DNA from: a virus
Length of the DNA: 64,000 nt
Reading direction: 5' to 3' (one strand)
IMG/VR virus record: IMGVR_UViG_3300024319_000005
Coordinates: 1 to 64,000 of that record
Positions 49,306 through 59,299 of this stretch are shown here, one piece after another. The notes under the pieces were generated by a model. It worked only from the letters and a program-made list of their open reading frames with translations. It had not been told where the DNA came from and did not search any database. A program made the translations under genes and the position numbers. Within the stretch, counting starts at the first letter, position 1. Each line of letters starts with the position of its first letter.

Positions 49306-51894
49306 TTAATTAGTTTCCGATTTAGATTTGGAAGTTGCAATCCTTTCTTTAGACTCAATGTCCTTTTCTTTTAGAACTTTTTCATTCTGAAGTTTAGATT
49401 CTTTAATATCCATATCTCTTTCTTTAATGTTTAATTCTCTAGTTTTAATGTCAGCGTCTTGCCCTAATTTAAGCACTTCCATATAATCAGGTACTCCATC
49501 ATTATCAGCATCTTTATCTTCAGCTCTAGCTGTGTTATTCATGGCAGCTATCTTTTCACTAGATGCATTACGCATTCCCATTAACTGTACTTCATGAGCT
49601 TGTGAATCTTCAACTTGCTCTTTTTGCATTTGTGCCATTTTTTCTTGTGACTCCATACTAGCTTGTTGCTGTGCTTGCGCTCTTTCTTGTTGCTTTTGTA
49701 CTTCTACTTGAATTAACTTATGAGTTTCTTCAGCTGATTGACCTGACGTAATTGATTTTAATAACGTAGATACTGCAGCCATTCCTTGTGGATTCTGCGA
49801 AAACGCTTGAGAGTTTTGCTTCATATAGTTTTGATACTCAATATTGTTTCCAGTATTAGTAACAAATACCATTGTGTTTAGCATTTCTACAGATTTATGG
49901 CTTATCTTAAATAATTCTCTAGTTCCATCTTCAAGTAGATACTCTAATGAGTGTTCTTCTTCATCTTCAAGTAATACTCTTTCTGCAAAAGTTCTAAAGT
50001 TAATTAAATAATCATTAAATACATCTGCCCATATTTGAGAGTGTGCAAAAAACAAAGGCTCTGTAATATGGTGAGACTGTGCAATTGCTTGTCTATTATC
50101 AGCCACATTACTTCCTGAACTAAATGCTGCTTGTCTTTGTGGGCTAATACCCATCGCCATAGACATTTCTCTTTCTAGCAACTCTAGTAATTGTTGTAGT
50201 AGATATATTTCGTTAGCTGTTGATAACATCATCCCATGCCCTCCAGGTGTTCTTTGGGGATTTGGTAAGCCAGACACTCCAACTTGCGACCCTGAGTAAA
50301 AGTTTTTACCTAAGTACCTTTGGTATACTAATGCAACCTTTAGTGGGTCATTTATTGTTTCTCCATCTACATCTTTACCTAGTGATTCTGGTATTTGGTC
50401 TATGTCTATGTTTTGTACATACCCTTCGTATTTTGATAACTCTCTATTTTGTATATTTTTAATAAATAAATATTGCAAGTATAACGGCAATGCTCTTTCA
50501 AACATAGACACAGAAGCTGCGTTTCTAGCAGTTAATACTATACCTTTGGTAGACAATGAAAAATTAGAAAATGGATTTTCTAAATTAGTTACTTGATAAG
50601 GTACTTCTCTATACTTTACAAATTTGTTAGAGTCTAATCTAGTTACTTCATACTTACGTGGAACCCATAACGGCTCTACTGAGTATTCTGAATCTTCATC
50701 CATCCACACAAACTTATGTGTCTTATGTCCAAATTTGTTTGTAAACTTAACTTTTTCTGCAGTTTTAGGTATATCAAAATCGTTTCTAACTAGTAATGTT
50801 ACTTTTTCTCCTAATTCATTAATATAAGACATAAAGTATACAGGCTTAAACGCTTTAAACTCAAATCGAGTTCTAGTTACTAACTGATCATCTCTATGTC
50901 CTGTTGTTTGATAAAGCCCATCAGTCTTTTCTCTTTTACCTCTAGCATCGTCATAAAAATCTTCTAGTATAGAATAGTCTTTTTCTGTGTTCTGTATATT
51001 CCTAGATCCTACCCCTAAACTATTACGTTTATCTCTAATTGATGCATTGATAAAAGAATAATCTGCTATTTCTTCATCACTAAGTACGTCTATATATTCT
51101 TCTATAGCTTGTGCTGGTGTAATAGTATCTATATGTGCAATCCAATCTCCTTTGTGTATTCTAGGTTCATTAGGTGATTTATGAAACTTAGTATTCATTG
51201 GGTTCCACACTTCTACCATAGGTGCTCCATGTTTCCAGCCAGAGTGAATAAAGCATCTATCATTTATAATAAGATCTGCTATTGTATCTAGCTCTTTGGC
51301 TTTAGTGTCTTGAGTAGCTTTACAGAACTTAAGTGCATGTGAGTAAAATATTTCCCACTCAGAGCTAAAGTTTTTTGCATTAATATCTTCAGGCTGCTCT
51401 TGTGTAGTAAGCTCTTGGATCATTTGATCTATCTCTGTAGGCTTCATTCCAGCCATCTTACCTTGCATTTCCTGTATCTTTATAGCTACCTTTTCCTCAA
51501 CCGAGGCTGTAAGTGCAGCTAAAAGCTTTTCATTCTTATCTTTTATTGCTTTAGCAGATAAGATCATTACTTTAAAGTCTTCTACCCTCTTAAGCTTCTC
51601 TCCTTTTAATATGTTAACTAGGTTATGTAGTTTTGGATAAGATATTAAATCTTCTTCTACATTAAAGTCGGTATATACACCTAGTGGGTTACATATTTTC
51701 TTAGTTTCTTCTTTTATACTACTAAGGTCACCGTTATATATTTGGTAATTTTTATGTAATCTATCATAGTCATCTACATAACTATCTTTATAGGGAACAC
51801 AATATTCCATATAGTCTACATACCAGTCTTTAGTTTTCTTAGAGTCTGGTACTTTTAAGTTTAACGGTATTTCCGTATTTTTAAATGCCTTCAT
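49306..51894 (-). CDS. Portal protein
   Basis: 862 aa with YPKL..LVN.L.GE, MGISPQRQ, Gln-rich crown and DADNDGVPD; synteny. Confidence 0.88.
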   Translation of the reverse strand: MKAFKNTEIPLNLKVPDSKKTKDWYVDYMEYCVPYKDSYVDDYDRLHKNYQIYNGDLSSIKEETKKICNPLGVYTDFNVEEDLISYPKLHNLVNILKGEKLKRVEDFKVMILSAKAIKDKNEKLLAALTASVEEKVAIKIQEMQGKMAGMKPTEIDQMIQELTTQEQPEDINAKNFSSEWEIFYSHALKFCKATQDTKAKELDTIADLIINDRCFIHSGWKHGAPMVEVWNPMNTKFHKSPNEPRIHKGDWIAHIDTITPAQAIEEYIDVLSDEEIADYSFINASIRDKRNSLGVGSRNIQNTEKDYSILEDFYDDARGKREKTDGLYQTTGHRDDQLVTRTRFEFKAFKPVYFMSYINELGEKVTLLVRNDFDIPKTAEKVKFTNKFGHKTHKFVWMDEDSEYSVEPLWVPRKYEVTRLDSNKFVKYREVPYQVTNLENPFSNFSLSTKGIVLTARNAASVSMFERALPLYLQYLFIKNIQNRELSKYEGYVQNIDIDQIPESLGKDVDGETINDPLKVALVYQRYLGKNFYSGSQVGVSGLPNPQRTPGGHGMMLSTANEIYLLQQLLELLEREMSMAMGISPQRQAAFSSGSNVADNRQAIAQSHHITEPLFFAHSQIWADVFNDYLINFRTFAERVLLEDEEEHSLEYLLEDGTRELFKISHKSVEMLNTMVFVTNTGNNIEYQNYMKQNSQAFSQNPQGMAAVSTLLKSITSGQSAEETHKLIQVEVQKQQERAQAQQQASMESQEKMAQMQKEQVEDSQAHEVQLMGMRNASSEKIAAMNNTARAEDKDADNDGVPDYMEVLKLGQDADIKTRELNIKERDMDIKESKLQNEKVLKEKDIESKERIATSKSKSETN

Positions 51895-53290
51895 TATTTA
51901 TTATATAATTTGTGTTTAGGAGTAGCTCATATGATGCAAATGCATTTTTTAAAGATTGTACTATTACTCGTGTTGGATCTATAATACCTTCTTCTAATAA
52001 GTTACATGCCTTTTTGGTTAAAACGTTAATTTCTTCTACAGTCTGTTCTAATTCAGCATTACTTTTAATTTGATATGCAGGTGCAAAGCCTATATCTTCG
52101 ATTAGAGAGCCTTTTGCAGCCTCTGCTAGGGCTATACCTCCCCCCTTAACATATCCTCCCTCTATGGCAGCCTGTACGGCTCCTAGGGCATCTTCTATCC
52201 TATCGTATTCTTCCTGTCTGTTCTTTTCGGTTGCACCTCCTACATAAATAATAGCAGTAGAGCCTCTTAACTTATTTATTCTAATCTCAGCAAATCTTTT
52301 TTCGTGGTCTTCTATATACCCATCAAACGTTGCTTCTACTTCCGCTATTCTTTTTTCTATACCTTCTTTACTTTCTGTAAAAATAGTAAATGCTACTGGA
52401 GTTATAATAATCTTATCAACCAACCCTTGCTCATTACGTAGTGCTTCTATATCTCTATAATTCTCTACCATATTTCTACCCCAACCTGGAGCTTTAACTA
52501 AACAAGCTTTTAGTCCTTTAGTCATGTTACCGTAAACAGTAGATATAACTGCAGGAGAAAATCCTGGAGAAATAATTACTAATGGTGCATTTAATTTATT
52601 AGCGTGCTCTATAGCTTGTATGTATAAGGATGGATCAGACGATTTGTTTTCATCGATAACAACTAAAGCGTTTTCTAGGTTACAGTACCCATTACGTTGA
52701 TTCTTAAACTTTTCAGAGATATACCCTGTGTTACCAATAAATTCTACACCACTTGCTACTTCGTAGTAAGTCTCAATAGACTCTTCATCTTCTTCTAGTG
52801 TTACTCTAGACTCTAGACCTACTTGCTCGTATACTGTCTTTAGTATTTTTCCTACTTCTTTAGAGTTACCTGACGTAGATGCAATTGCCTCTAGTTCATC
52901 TAGTGTAGTAAGTTCTTTTGAGCTTTCTAGAACTTTATCTATTACTGTTGCTATTTCTGTTTGCAATGTAGTTACATACTCTCTTGTATTACTAGGGATT
53001 TCCCTATTAGCCATTGCTTTTAATAATACTGACGTTGATGTAGTACCATCACCACATTCTTCTACTGTTTTCTGAGCTGAGTTAATTACTAACTGAGCAC
53101 CTATATCTTCTATAGGGTTTCTTAACTTTATTTCTCTTGCTACTGATACTCCATCTTTAGTAAATCTAGAATATCCATTTCTGTTAATTAAAACGTATTT
53201 ACCGTGAGCACCCATTGTTGAGGATACTACATCGGCAGCCTTAGACAAGCCTACTAATACTTCTTTTTTTGTGTCTATGATTCTGGTCAT
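51881..53290 (-). CDS. groEL: Phage GroEL-like chaperonin
   Basis: STMGAHG, TKDGVSVA, GDGTTS, KAPGWG, EDAL.A..AA..GG...GGG and GIIDP motifs. Confidence 0.95.
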   Translation of the reverse strand: MTRIIDTKKEVLVGLSKAADVVSSTMGAHGKYVLINRNGYSRFTKDGVSVAREIKLRNPIEDIGAQLVINSAQKTVEECGDGTTSTSVLLKAMANREIPSNTREYVTTLQTEIATVIDKVLESSKELTTLDELEAIASTSGNSKEVGKILKTVYEQVGLESRVTLEEDEESIETYYEVASGVEFIGNTGYISEKFKNQRNGYCNLENALVVIDENKSSDPSLYIQAIEHANKLNAPLVIISPGFSPAVISTVYGNMTKGLKACLVKAPGWGRNMVENYRDIEALRNEQGLVDKIIITPVAFTIFTESKEGIEKRIAEVEATFDGYIEDHEKRFAEIRINKLRGSTAIIYVGGATEKNRQEEYDRIEDALGAVQAAIEGGYVKGGGIALAEAAKGSLIEDIGFAPAYQIKSNAELEQTVEEINVLTKKACNLLEEGIIDPTRVIVQSLKNAFASYELLLNTNYIINNEGI

Positions 53291-55622
53291 GTATTGCGCT
53301 ATTTGTTGATAAAAACTGTAATCTGTTTGATTCTTTTTTTCTTCTGACTTGTGTCATAAAAGATTCTTGTTCTGATAAAAATGTAGGAACTAGTATTAAC
53401 GATGATACTGCATCAAAGTTACCATCTAGTGTAAACTGAGCAATTTGCCGTACTAAAAATATACAAGGTAGTGTTTCTATTAATTTAACTTCTCCGTTAC
53501 CTCGTGTTACGTCAGTAAGTAATAAGTCATTTGTATCATCTACCATTGTCATTTTACCTATAGCTCCTCTAGCACCTACCATATACCCAAACTGGGTTAC
53601 TTTCTTTTCGTAGATACTGTCTCCTTTTGCATGCTGGGGTCTTAATGCTAGTAAATGTAACTTACTCTTTTTCTCAAAGTAAGACCTACAAAATTCCCCT
53701 CTGTTTGCTTCATATACTAACCCTCTAAATGGGTTACCATAGAATGCTAACAACTTTTCTAAATTCTGATAGTATTGTTTCTTACCTCCTTTAGGTTTAC
53801 CTATGTAAGAACAAACTAGTTGGTTACCATCATGTGTAACACTGTACTTAGGATTTAAAAATCCATAGGTTACTCCTAACGATGCTCCGTCTTCTTGGTT
53901 ATCTGATACATAAGGATCATGTACAAAAAAATACATATCGTTAGGTACTGAACCTCTAACTTCTTGCGGTGGCTGGTACATCATTACTTCACCATCCATT
54001 CTTTCCATGTCTTTTCTAATTGGAAAATCATAAAAAGGATTAGGATTATGCACTATATCATAAGTTACTCCGTTAGGTTTAGCACTATCCCACCTTAACT
54101 CTATAGCTGTACCAATAGTTTGATAGAGCTTTCTGTCCATTAATTGTCTCTCCCTTTCTACTGCTTCTTCATATGGTAGTAAATACTGTGCATCTGTAAC
54201 CCACATGTGTGATGGTATATCAGGGTAGTTCATACAGTGCATTCTAAGTGTTTTGGGATTTGCAGACTGTGCTGCTTCCATATACTCACTTAACCAATGT
54301 TCTCGTGCTGCTTTTACATCTGTATTACCATTTCTATCCTTAAACTGTCTATAAGTCATGTATGCAGGAATAAAAAACCCTATATTACCAGTGTTCTCCC
54401 AAACGTCTTCATATTCTACTATATTAAATTGTGCAGGGTTAGTAAACATTTCTTTTGACTGCAATACTAACTCTACGTTTCCTGATGTACCTAGTAGATA
54501 CTGTATCCCAAACTGTACACCATTTCTTGTTACTGTTGCTTTATTAGAGTTCCATACTTCTATAACGTTATCACTTAATCCAACCTCCTCAAAGGTACTT
54601 ACGTTATAACGACCTCCTGCTGCTGCTTCTGCTCCGTCTTTCTTGTTAGATGAATAAGATACATGAAACATTCTTGTACCTGTACCAAAACCACCTACCC
54701 AACTACCATTAATCTTTTGCTCATATAAGTGTGCCCAACCACCAACTTGTTTGTTACCTGGCTTGATAGGACCATTCATATCTCTGTAGAATGGGTTAGG
54801 AGTCCAATCCGAACCACCTTGTTGCCCCCATACTCCTAGCCTTGGGTTAGTTGCAAACTCATTCATTGCATCTACAAGCTTCTGTATAAGTTCACCAGAT
54901 TTATCTGTCTGCCCAGATCCTATAGCTATTTCTATTTTTTGTACAACTTCTTTGTCATACTTTACTGCTCCATCAAAGCATATCTGATAAAGGTTAACTG
55001 CTATTGCAGAAAAAAAACTTTTACCTGAACCCCTTGATCCAAATACAAACTGGTTACTAGCTGGGTTTTGAAACAAAGGTATTCCTAACGGTTCGTCAGT
55101 TACTCTTCTAAGGTTTTGTCTTGGGGGTAAGTATTTCTTTAACTTTCCTTTTTTGTTTATTACATTTAGTAATGCTTCTTTTAAGTCTGGATCCATGTCT
55201 TCAAACTCTGCAGTGTTAGGAACTCCTTTTTCTACATAATCAAAATACAAACTATCAGAAGTATACTCATCATCATTCTTATATCCTGAAAACCCCCTTG
55301 CTTCCCAATGATGAAAAGCTTGTTCCCACTCTAAGTCTTGTATCTTTGGTGCAGTCTTCTTAGTTACTTTAGTAAACTTGTTAGTATCTACAATAATACC
55401 AAATTTACCATAAAAGTACAAACAACCTGGCATATGCATCCATTTACCAAACTGCTGTGTCCATTTACCTTCTATACAGTATTTTTTTTCTTGTTGCCAA
55501 TATTCTATGTATCTTGGGTCACTAGGGTGAAATATTTTTATTTCATCTAAGTTAAATGCTTTTATATTATCTATTTTTACCCAATTAGGCTGACCACAAG
55601 TCCAATGTTTATATTCTGTCAT
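53241..55622 (-). CDS. terL: Terminase large subunit
   Basis: Walker A GSRGSGKS, Walker B TFEEVG, GTSG, HDPY, YEANRG and GNFDAVS. Confidence 0.92.
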   Translation of the reverse strand: MTEYKHWTCGQPNWVKIDNIKAFNLDEIKIFHPSDPRYIEYWQQEKKYCIEGKWTQQFGKWMHMPGCLYFYGKFGIIVDTNKFTKVTKKTAPKIQDLEWEQAFHHWEARGFSGYKNDDEYTSDSLYFDYVEKGVPNTAEFEDMDPDLKEALLNVINKKGKLKKYLPPRQNLRRVTDEPLGIPLFQNPASNQFVFGSRGSGKSFFSAIAVNLYQICFDGAVKYDKEVVQKIEIAIGSGQTDKSGELIQKLVDAMNEFATNPRLGVWGQQGGSDWTPNPFYRDMNGPIKPGNKQVGGWAHLYEQKINGSWVGGFGTGTRMFHVSYSSNKKDGAEAAAGGRYNVSTFEEVGLSDNVIEVWNSNKATVTRNGVQFGIQYLLGTSGNVELVLQSKEMFTNPAQFNIVEYEDVWENTGNIGFFIPAYMTYRQFKDRNGNTDVKAAREHWLSEYMEAAQSANPKTLRMHCMNYPDIPSHMWVTDAQYLLPYEEAVERERQLMDRKLYQTIGTAIELRWDSAKPNGVTYDIVHNPNPFYDFPIRKDMERMDGEVMMYQPPQEVRGSVPNDMYFFVHDPYVSDNQEDGASLGVTYGFLNPKYSVTHDGNQLVCSYIGKPKGGKKQYYQNLEKLLAFYGNPFRGLVYEANRGEFCRSYFEKKSKLHLLALRPQHAKGDSIYEKKVTQFGYMVGARGAIGKMTMVDDTNDLLLTDVTRGNGEVKLIETLPCIFLVRQIAQFTLDGNFDAVSSLILVPTFLSEQESFMTQVRRKKESNRLQFLSTNSAIHDQNHRHKKRSISRLV

Positions 55623-55637
55623 ACGCTATTCTAGTTT

Positions 55638-55666
55638 AAAAAGAAGAGAGAGCTTCGGGCTCCCTC
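55638..55666 (-). terminator. Terminator-like hairpin immediately upstream of terL
   Basis: Minus strand gagggagc-ccgaa-gctctctc-ttcttttt. Confidence 0.6.
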
Positions 55667-55738
55667 CCCAATTCACCTATTGGATTGTCTTTATTTACAA
55701 GGGTACAATCTTAAACCCTCTCTGCACAAAGTGTAATC

Positions 55739-56011
55739 TTAAGAGTACTTTCTTAACCACTCTTCTATATGCTCATGCCTAAGTGTTATAGGAGGATCTA
55801 TTTGCTTTTTATTTTTAAAAAACGCAGGTATGCCCTTACGTGTAAATACGTAACCTTGGTCTTCTAATCTACCTTTGTTCTCATTAAAGTTTTCTCTCTT
55901 GCCCATATCTTCTACTCCTAGTTGTATTCCTAGTATGTAAGCTATTTTTCCTATTTGTTCTTTAGCTGTTCTACATGGGCTACACCATTCCGCGCCTGCT
56001 ATTACTATCAT
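55739..56011 (-). CDS. Thioredoxin-like protein
   Basis: WCSPC active site and GIPAF cis-Pro motif. Confidence 0.8.
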   Translation of the reverse strand: MIVIAGAEWCSPCRTAKEQIGKIAYILGIQLGVEDMGKRENFNENKGRLEDQGYVFTRKGIPAFFKNKKQIDPPITLRHEHIEEWLRKYS

Positions 56012-56388
56012 GAGTCTATTTCTTCTTTTAGTAAATCCATAAGTTGTTCCATTCTTTTTGCATAGTATGTTTCAAAAGATTCATCTATGTTATTGTTTTT
56101 GTATACTACGTATAAGGTATTTCTCATTCTTTTAGATAAAGTCTTACCAAACGTTGTATCTGATTTCATTTCATCTAACTCACTAAGCTCCTTTGCTGTA
56201 AAAACTTCTGGTTTCATTGTTATATAACAGAAGTCACTCATTCCTAGTATTTCTCCTGCTACATTAGGCTCTAGTTCATCTGTATTAAACGATATATTTA
56301 CTGTTCTATTTTTTAATCTTTGTACTTTTGTTATTTCTGCTGGTATAGTTACCATAAATTTATATTTATTAGATAAGCCCTCTTTCAC
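56008..56388 (-). CDS. Hypothetical phage protein
   Basis: 126 aa coupled ORF. Confidence 0.7.
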   Translation of the reverse strand: MKEGLSNKYKFMVTIPAEITKVQRLKNRTVNISFNTDELEPNVAGEILGMSDFCYITMKPEVFTAKELSELDEMKSDTTFGKTLSKRMRNTLYVVYKNNNIDESFETYYAKRMEQLMDLLKEEIDS

Positions 56389-56938
56389 TAGCTGTAAGCT
56401 TTCTACCGCCCTTTAGTTGAGCTTCTGCTTTTTCTAACTGCCACATTTCTTCTAAGTCTTTTAATTCTTTAAACAAACTTGCTATGGTCTTAGATAAAGT
56501 TGCTACCTGCTTTATAGTTCCTGGTATAACTCTTACTTTATTAGTTTCATCTACAGTATCTAGAGTTAGAGTAGTACCATCTATAAACTTTTGGTATCTT
56601 TTAATCTGATCTTGGTGTTTCTTTACAGCTCTTTGTGCAAAGGTCATTGTTAGATCTGTATACTCGCCTCTTCCTACTATATATAAAGGAAAATCTATAT
56701 TAAAATTAGGAAAGAACTTATCTTTTGCATTGTCTATCCTTACTTCCTCTGGTAATGAGTACTGAGGATTTATTTCCTCGTCATTCTCTTCCATTAGAAT
56801 AATCATCCACATATATTTACTTGAAAGCTCTCCACCTTCGTCAGTAGCATGTAACTCTGAATAAGGCTTTATCATAACAAATTGAGGGTTAACTTCCCAA
56901 CAATTTGTGTCAGGAGACCACGGTCTAATAGCTTGCAT
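56369..56938 (-). CDS. Hypothetical protein (terminase small subunit candidate)
   Basis: 189 aa, helical, C-terminal KGGRKL; upstream of terL. Confidence 0.4.
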   Translation of the reverse strand: MQAIRPWSPDTNCWEVNPQFVMIKPYSELHATDEGGELSSKYMWMIILMEENDEEINPQYSLPEEVRIDNAKDKFFPNFNIDFPLYIVGRGEYTDLTMTFAQRAVKKHQDQIKRYQKFIDGTTLTLDTVDETNKVRVIPGTIKQVATLSKTIASLFKELKDLEEMWQLEKAEAQLKGGRKLTASERGLI

Positions 56939-57128
56939 TAGTAAACCCTTTTATTTCTCCTGTATTCTTTTTATCTTTATCTGATAGTACTTCCCAGTTT
57001 TTATTTTTAGTAGAATTTACTACACTTTTATAATTCCATCCCAAAAAAAAAGATTTAATTGTCTGTTTTGTATTTGCAATACTGTCTGTCTTCCACTCTA
57101 TCTGATTAATTATCTCCTGTCTGTACAT
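56925..57128 (-). CDS. Hypothetical protein
   Basis: 67 aa coupled ORF. Confidence 0.5.
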   Translation of the reverse strand: MYRQEIINQIEWKTDSIANTKQTIKSFFLGWNYKSVVNSTKNKNWEVLSDKDKKNTGEIKGFTNASY

Positions 57129-57393
57129 TTGATTGAAATTTTAAATGTTGAATTGTATTATCAGAAAAAGTCACTGTTATAGTACCATTTTTCTTATATA
57201 CTCTACTGTTGCTTCTTGGTGTAAAACTAGCTGTTATTACATACCCTGTTTCTGTTTTAGGATACTCAGCTACCGTACACCCACATGAAGTCTTTACTGA
57301 TTTTATTGTTAGAGGTCCTGTATAGGTAAATACAACTGGTATTGGACTGCCTGATTGTACATCCCCTAAGTCTTGTATTGTTTTGTCCCACAT
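57106..57393 (-). CDS. DUF1573-like Ig-fold protein
   Basis: DLGDV...F...PLTIKSVKTSCGCT signature. Confidence 0.75.
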   Translation of the reverse strand: MWDKTIQDLGDVQSGSPIPVVFTYTGPLTIKSVKTSCGCTVAEYPKTETGYVITASFTPRSNSRVYKKNGTITVTFSDNTIQHLKFQSNVQTGDN

Positions 57394-57394
57394 A

Positions 57395-57655
57395 TTAATA
57401 ACATGATTTTTCGTAGGGGTAGTACTTTCTTTTAGGACATGGTTTAGATGAGAGTAACATCAAGTCTGTGTCGCATCCACATTCTAAACATGGTCCATTT
57501 TCAAAGCATTCCTTAGCCCCTGTCTTTTTTCTTAAATATTCTTTTCTGTTTATTGTCTTACCTGTTATATACCTAAAAGCGTAATGCAAACATCCTTGGA
57601 TAAAATACAATACGTCTTTAGGGTTATACCAAGCGTGTTTTAGCTTGTCGTACAT
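57395..57655 (-). CDS. Small Cys-rich (Zn-binding) protein
   Basis: C...CLECGC...PCP. Confidence 0.6.
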   Translation of the reverse strand: MYDKLKHAWYNPKDVLYFIQGCLHYAFRYITGKTINRKEYLRKKTGAKECFENGPCLECGCDTDLMLLSSKPCPKRKYYPYEKSCY

Positions 57656-58203
57656 GTAAATAGTAGTTGTGATAAAGGAACTAAAAAATAACCGTGATGA
57701 GGGTTAGTTGAATCTGTCGGCATACCTTCAAGCCCTGACTCTGGGTGAATAAAGCTGTTAGTTAGATTTAATGTAGCTTCGTCTGCGTTACCTGAAGGCG
57801 TAATCTGTATCATTGCTTTGCCAATTATAATTTCATCTCCTGCTTTAATATCAATAGCATCTGTTTTTAAGTTAGATACTGCTACTGCTTTTTGACTAAA
57901 CAACCAAGGATCAGATACTGTAGTCCATTTGCCATGCCCTGCATGTGTTGGAATCTCTATTAGCCTTAGTGGTGGTACAAAAACTCCATCTCTTTCTTCT
58001 GGCTCAGTCTTATAAGCTCTTACTAGCAAAGAGTAGTTTACGCTATTTAATCCCTTATACATAGGGTCAATGTTTTTGATGTTGGCATTATATTCCTTAA
58101 CATCTTGTATATCTTGGGTAGTAAATACTTGATCATCTACATAATCTCTTTGATCAGCTACTTCCCCTAGATGAAGACCATCTAGCATGTTGTTCTTTTT
58201 CAT
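57640..58203 (-). CDS. GroES-like co-chaperonin
   Basis: LLVR...GVFVP (mobile loop)...AVAVS...IKAGDEI pattern; groEL nearby. Confidence 0.5.
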   Translation of the reverse strand: MKKNNMLDGLHLGEVADQRDYVDDQVFTTQDIQDVKEYNANIKNIDPMYKGLNSVNYSLLVRAYKTEPEERDGVFVPPLRLIEIPTHAGHGKWTTVSDPWLFSQKAVAVSNLKTDAIDIKAGDEIIIGKAMIQITPSGNADEATLNLTNSFIHPESGLEGMPTDSTNPHHGYFLVPLSQLLFTCTTS

Positions 58204-58375
58204 TGTCTTTAAATTTTAAAAATTTTTCTAATTTAATTACGTCAGCTACCCTGTTGGTTAGGTAATATCTGAGCGTTTTGTAAAAGTTACTATATACAAC
58301 TTCTACTAATTCTTTAGAATAACCAGTTTCCTTAGTCACCAAAGTAATAATTGTCTGTTGGTTGGTAAGTTTCAT
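58154..58375 (-). CDS. HU/IHF-like small DNA-binding protein
   Basis: II..VTKETGYSKELVE.V...F...IKLEKFLKFK. Confidence 0.6.
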   Translation of the reverse strand: MKLTNQQTIITLVTKETGYSKELVEVVYSNFYKTLRYYLTNRVADVIKLEKFLKFKDNEKEQHARWSSSRGSS

Positions 58376-58583
58376 AATTTTCTAATCTTGTATCTCCGTT
58401 CTCTACTATATTTATTACCATACCATGGTAAAATTGTATATCCTGAAGAAAGTTTAAACCTAACTCTGTTTTTAAAGCTAAATAGTCATAATGATCCATA
58501 ACTAATATTGTAGGTATTGCTTGATGGTCTAATTGATACTCTCTATATAAGTCATCAATTTCATCTCTTATACTTGTATTCAT
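58332..58583 (-). CDS. Hypothetical protein
   Basis: 83 aa coupled ORF. Confidence 0.6.
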   Translation of the reverse strand: MNTSIRDEIDDLYREYQLDHQAIPTILVMDHYDYLALKTELGLNFLQDIQFYHGMVINIVENGDTRLENYETYQPTDNYYFGD

Positions 58584-58954
58584 TGTTTAATCTTTATTGG
58601 TAATGTTAATTTAATTTCTTTTTTTTGCGCTATTAAATGTACTAAAGGAGAAAATATTCTAGATAAAGTACCATCTTCACCTATGATTTGCTTTTTAATA
58701 AGTTGCTTTCTAACATTAGCTATATGCTGCTTACTCATATACATTTCTTTACTTATCTCATCTAAAACACCTACTCCCTTACATTTAAACTCCGTACCTT
58801 TAGACATTAAATATGCTGTCATGTCAAGTTGCTTGTCTGTTAGTATGTTTTGCGTTTCATTTAAAATAAGTAAGTAATACCTGTAAAATTGTAGCTCAGT
58901 AGTTTCTTTACTAGCTGTACTACTAAGCGTTGGTTGTAATAAGTTTAATTCCAT
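58580..58954 (-). CDS. Winged-HTH DNA-binding protein
   Basis: LTDKQ...EISKEMYMSKQHIANVRKQLIKKQII. Confidence 0.6.
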   Translation of the reverse strand: MELNLLQPTLSSTASKETTELQFYRYYLLILNETQNILTDKQLDMTAYLMSKGTEFKCKGVGVLDEISKEMYMSKQHIANVRKQLIKKQIIGEDGTLSRIFSPLVHLIAQKKEIKLTLPIKIKQ

Positions 58955-58968
58955 AATCTTTTGTTTTG

Positions 58969-59290
58969 TTAGTTCCTAGGTATACCTATCCCCCTGGAAA
59001 TTTTGTCTTTCTTGAGAGATACTCTCGTAACTCCGTTATTAACCTGTAACTTCTACTCACTGTACGTCACCACTTACGTGGTTACACCCTTGAAGGTACG
59101 TCTATATCAACCCTTAGTATTATTCCTTCCTAAGTTTTATATACAGGCAATTTTTGTTATTATCGGGGACATTTCAACCATTATGTTTCTCTGTTATCTC
59201 AAGAGCATAGTCTATAACCCAACGTCTGAACTTGTGCTTTCTATAAGGATAGATGCTATTAACCAAGTTGTAATTAGTAGTTGAACTAAT
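58969..59290 (-). ncRNA. Putative large structured RNA / 5' leader of the late operon
   Basis: Starts just after a TATATTTG promoter. Has nested long-range complementarities, a GNRA-capped hairpin and no minus-strand ORF. Confidence 0.55.
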
Positions 59291-59299
59291 ATAACAATG

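Noticed and set aside
46517-55622. Introns or inteins in terL, portal or MCP
   Set aside because: The ORFs are continuous and of ordinary size, with no intein termini or homing-endonuclease motifs
55683-55719. preQ1-I riboswitch or pistol/twister ribozyme
   Set aside because: Only the pseudoknot topology matches; the diagnostic conserved nucleotides and additional stems are absent
713-58877. Many plus-strand ORFs in the track (e.g. 3741-4106, 8018-8566, 13557-14318, 34806-35462, 37104-37775)
   Set aside because: They are antisense shadows of long minus-strand genes with Ser/Leu/Val-biased, motif-free translations
59003-59284. 93-aa plus-strand ORF
   Set aside because: TTG start and no motifs; it lies antisense to the promoter-driven structured region, which explains the sequence better
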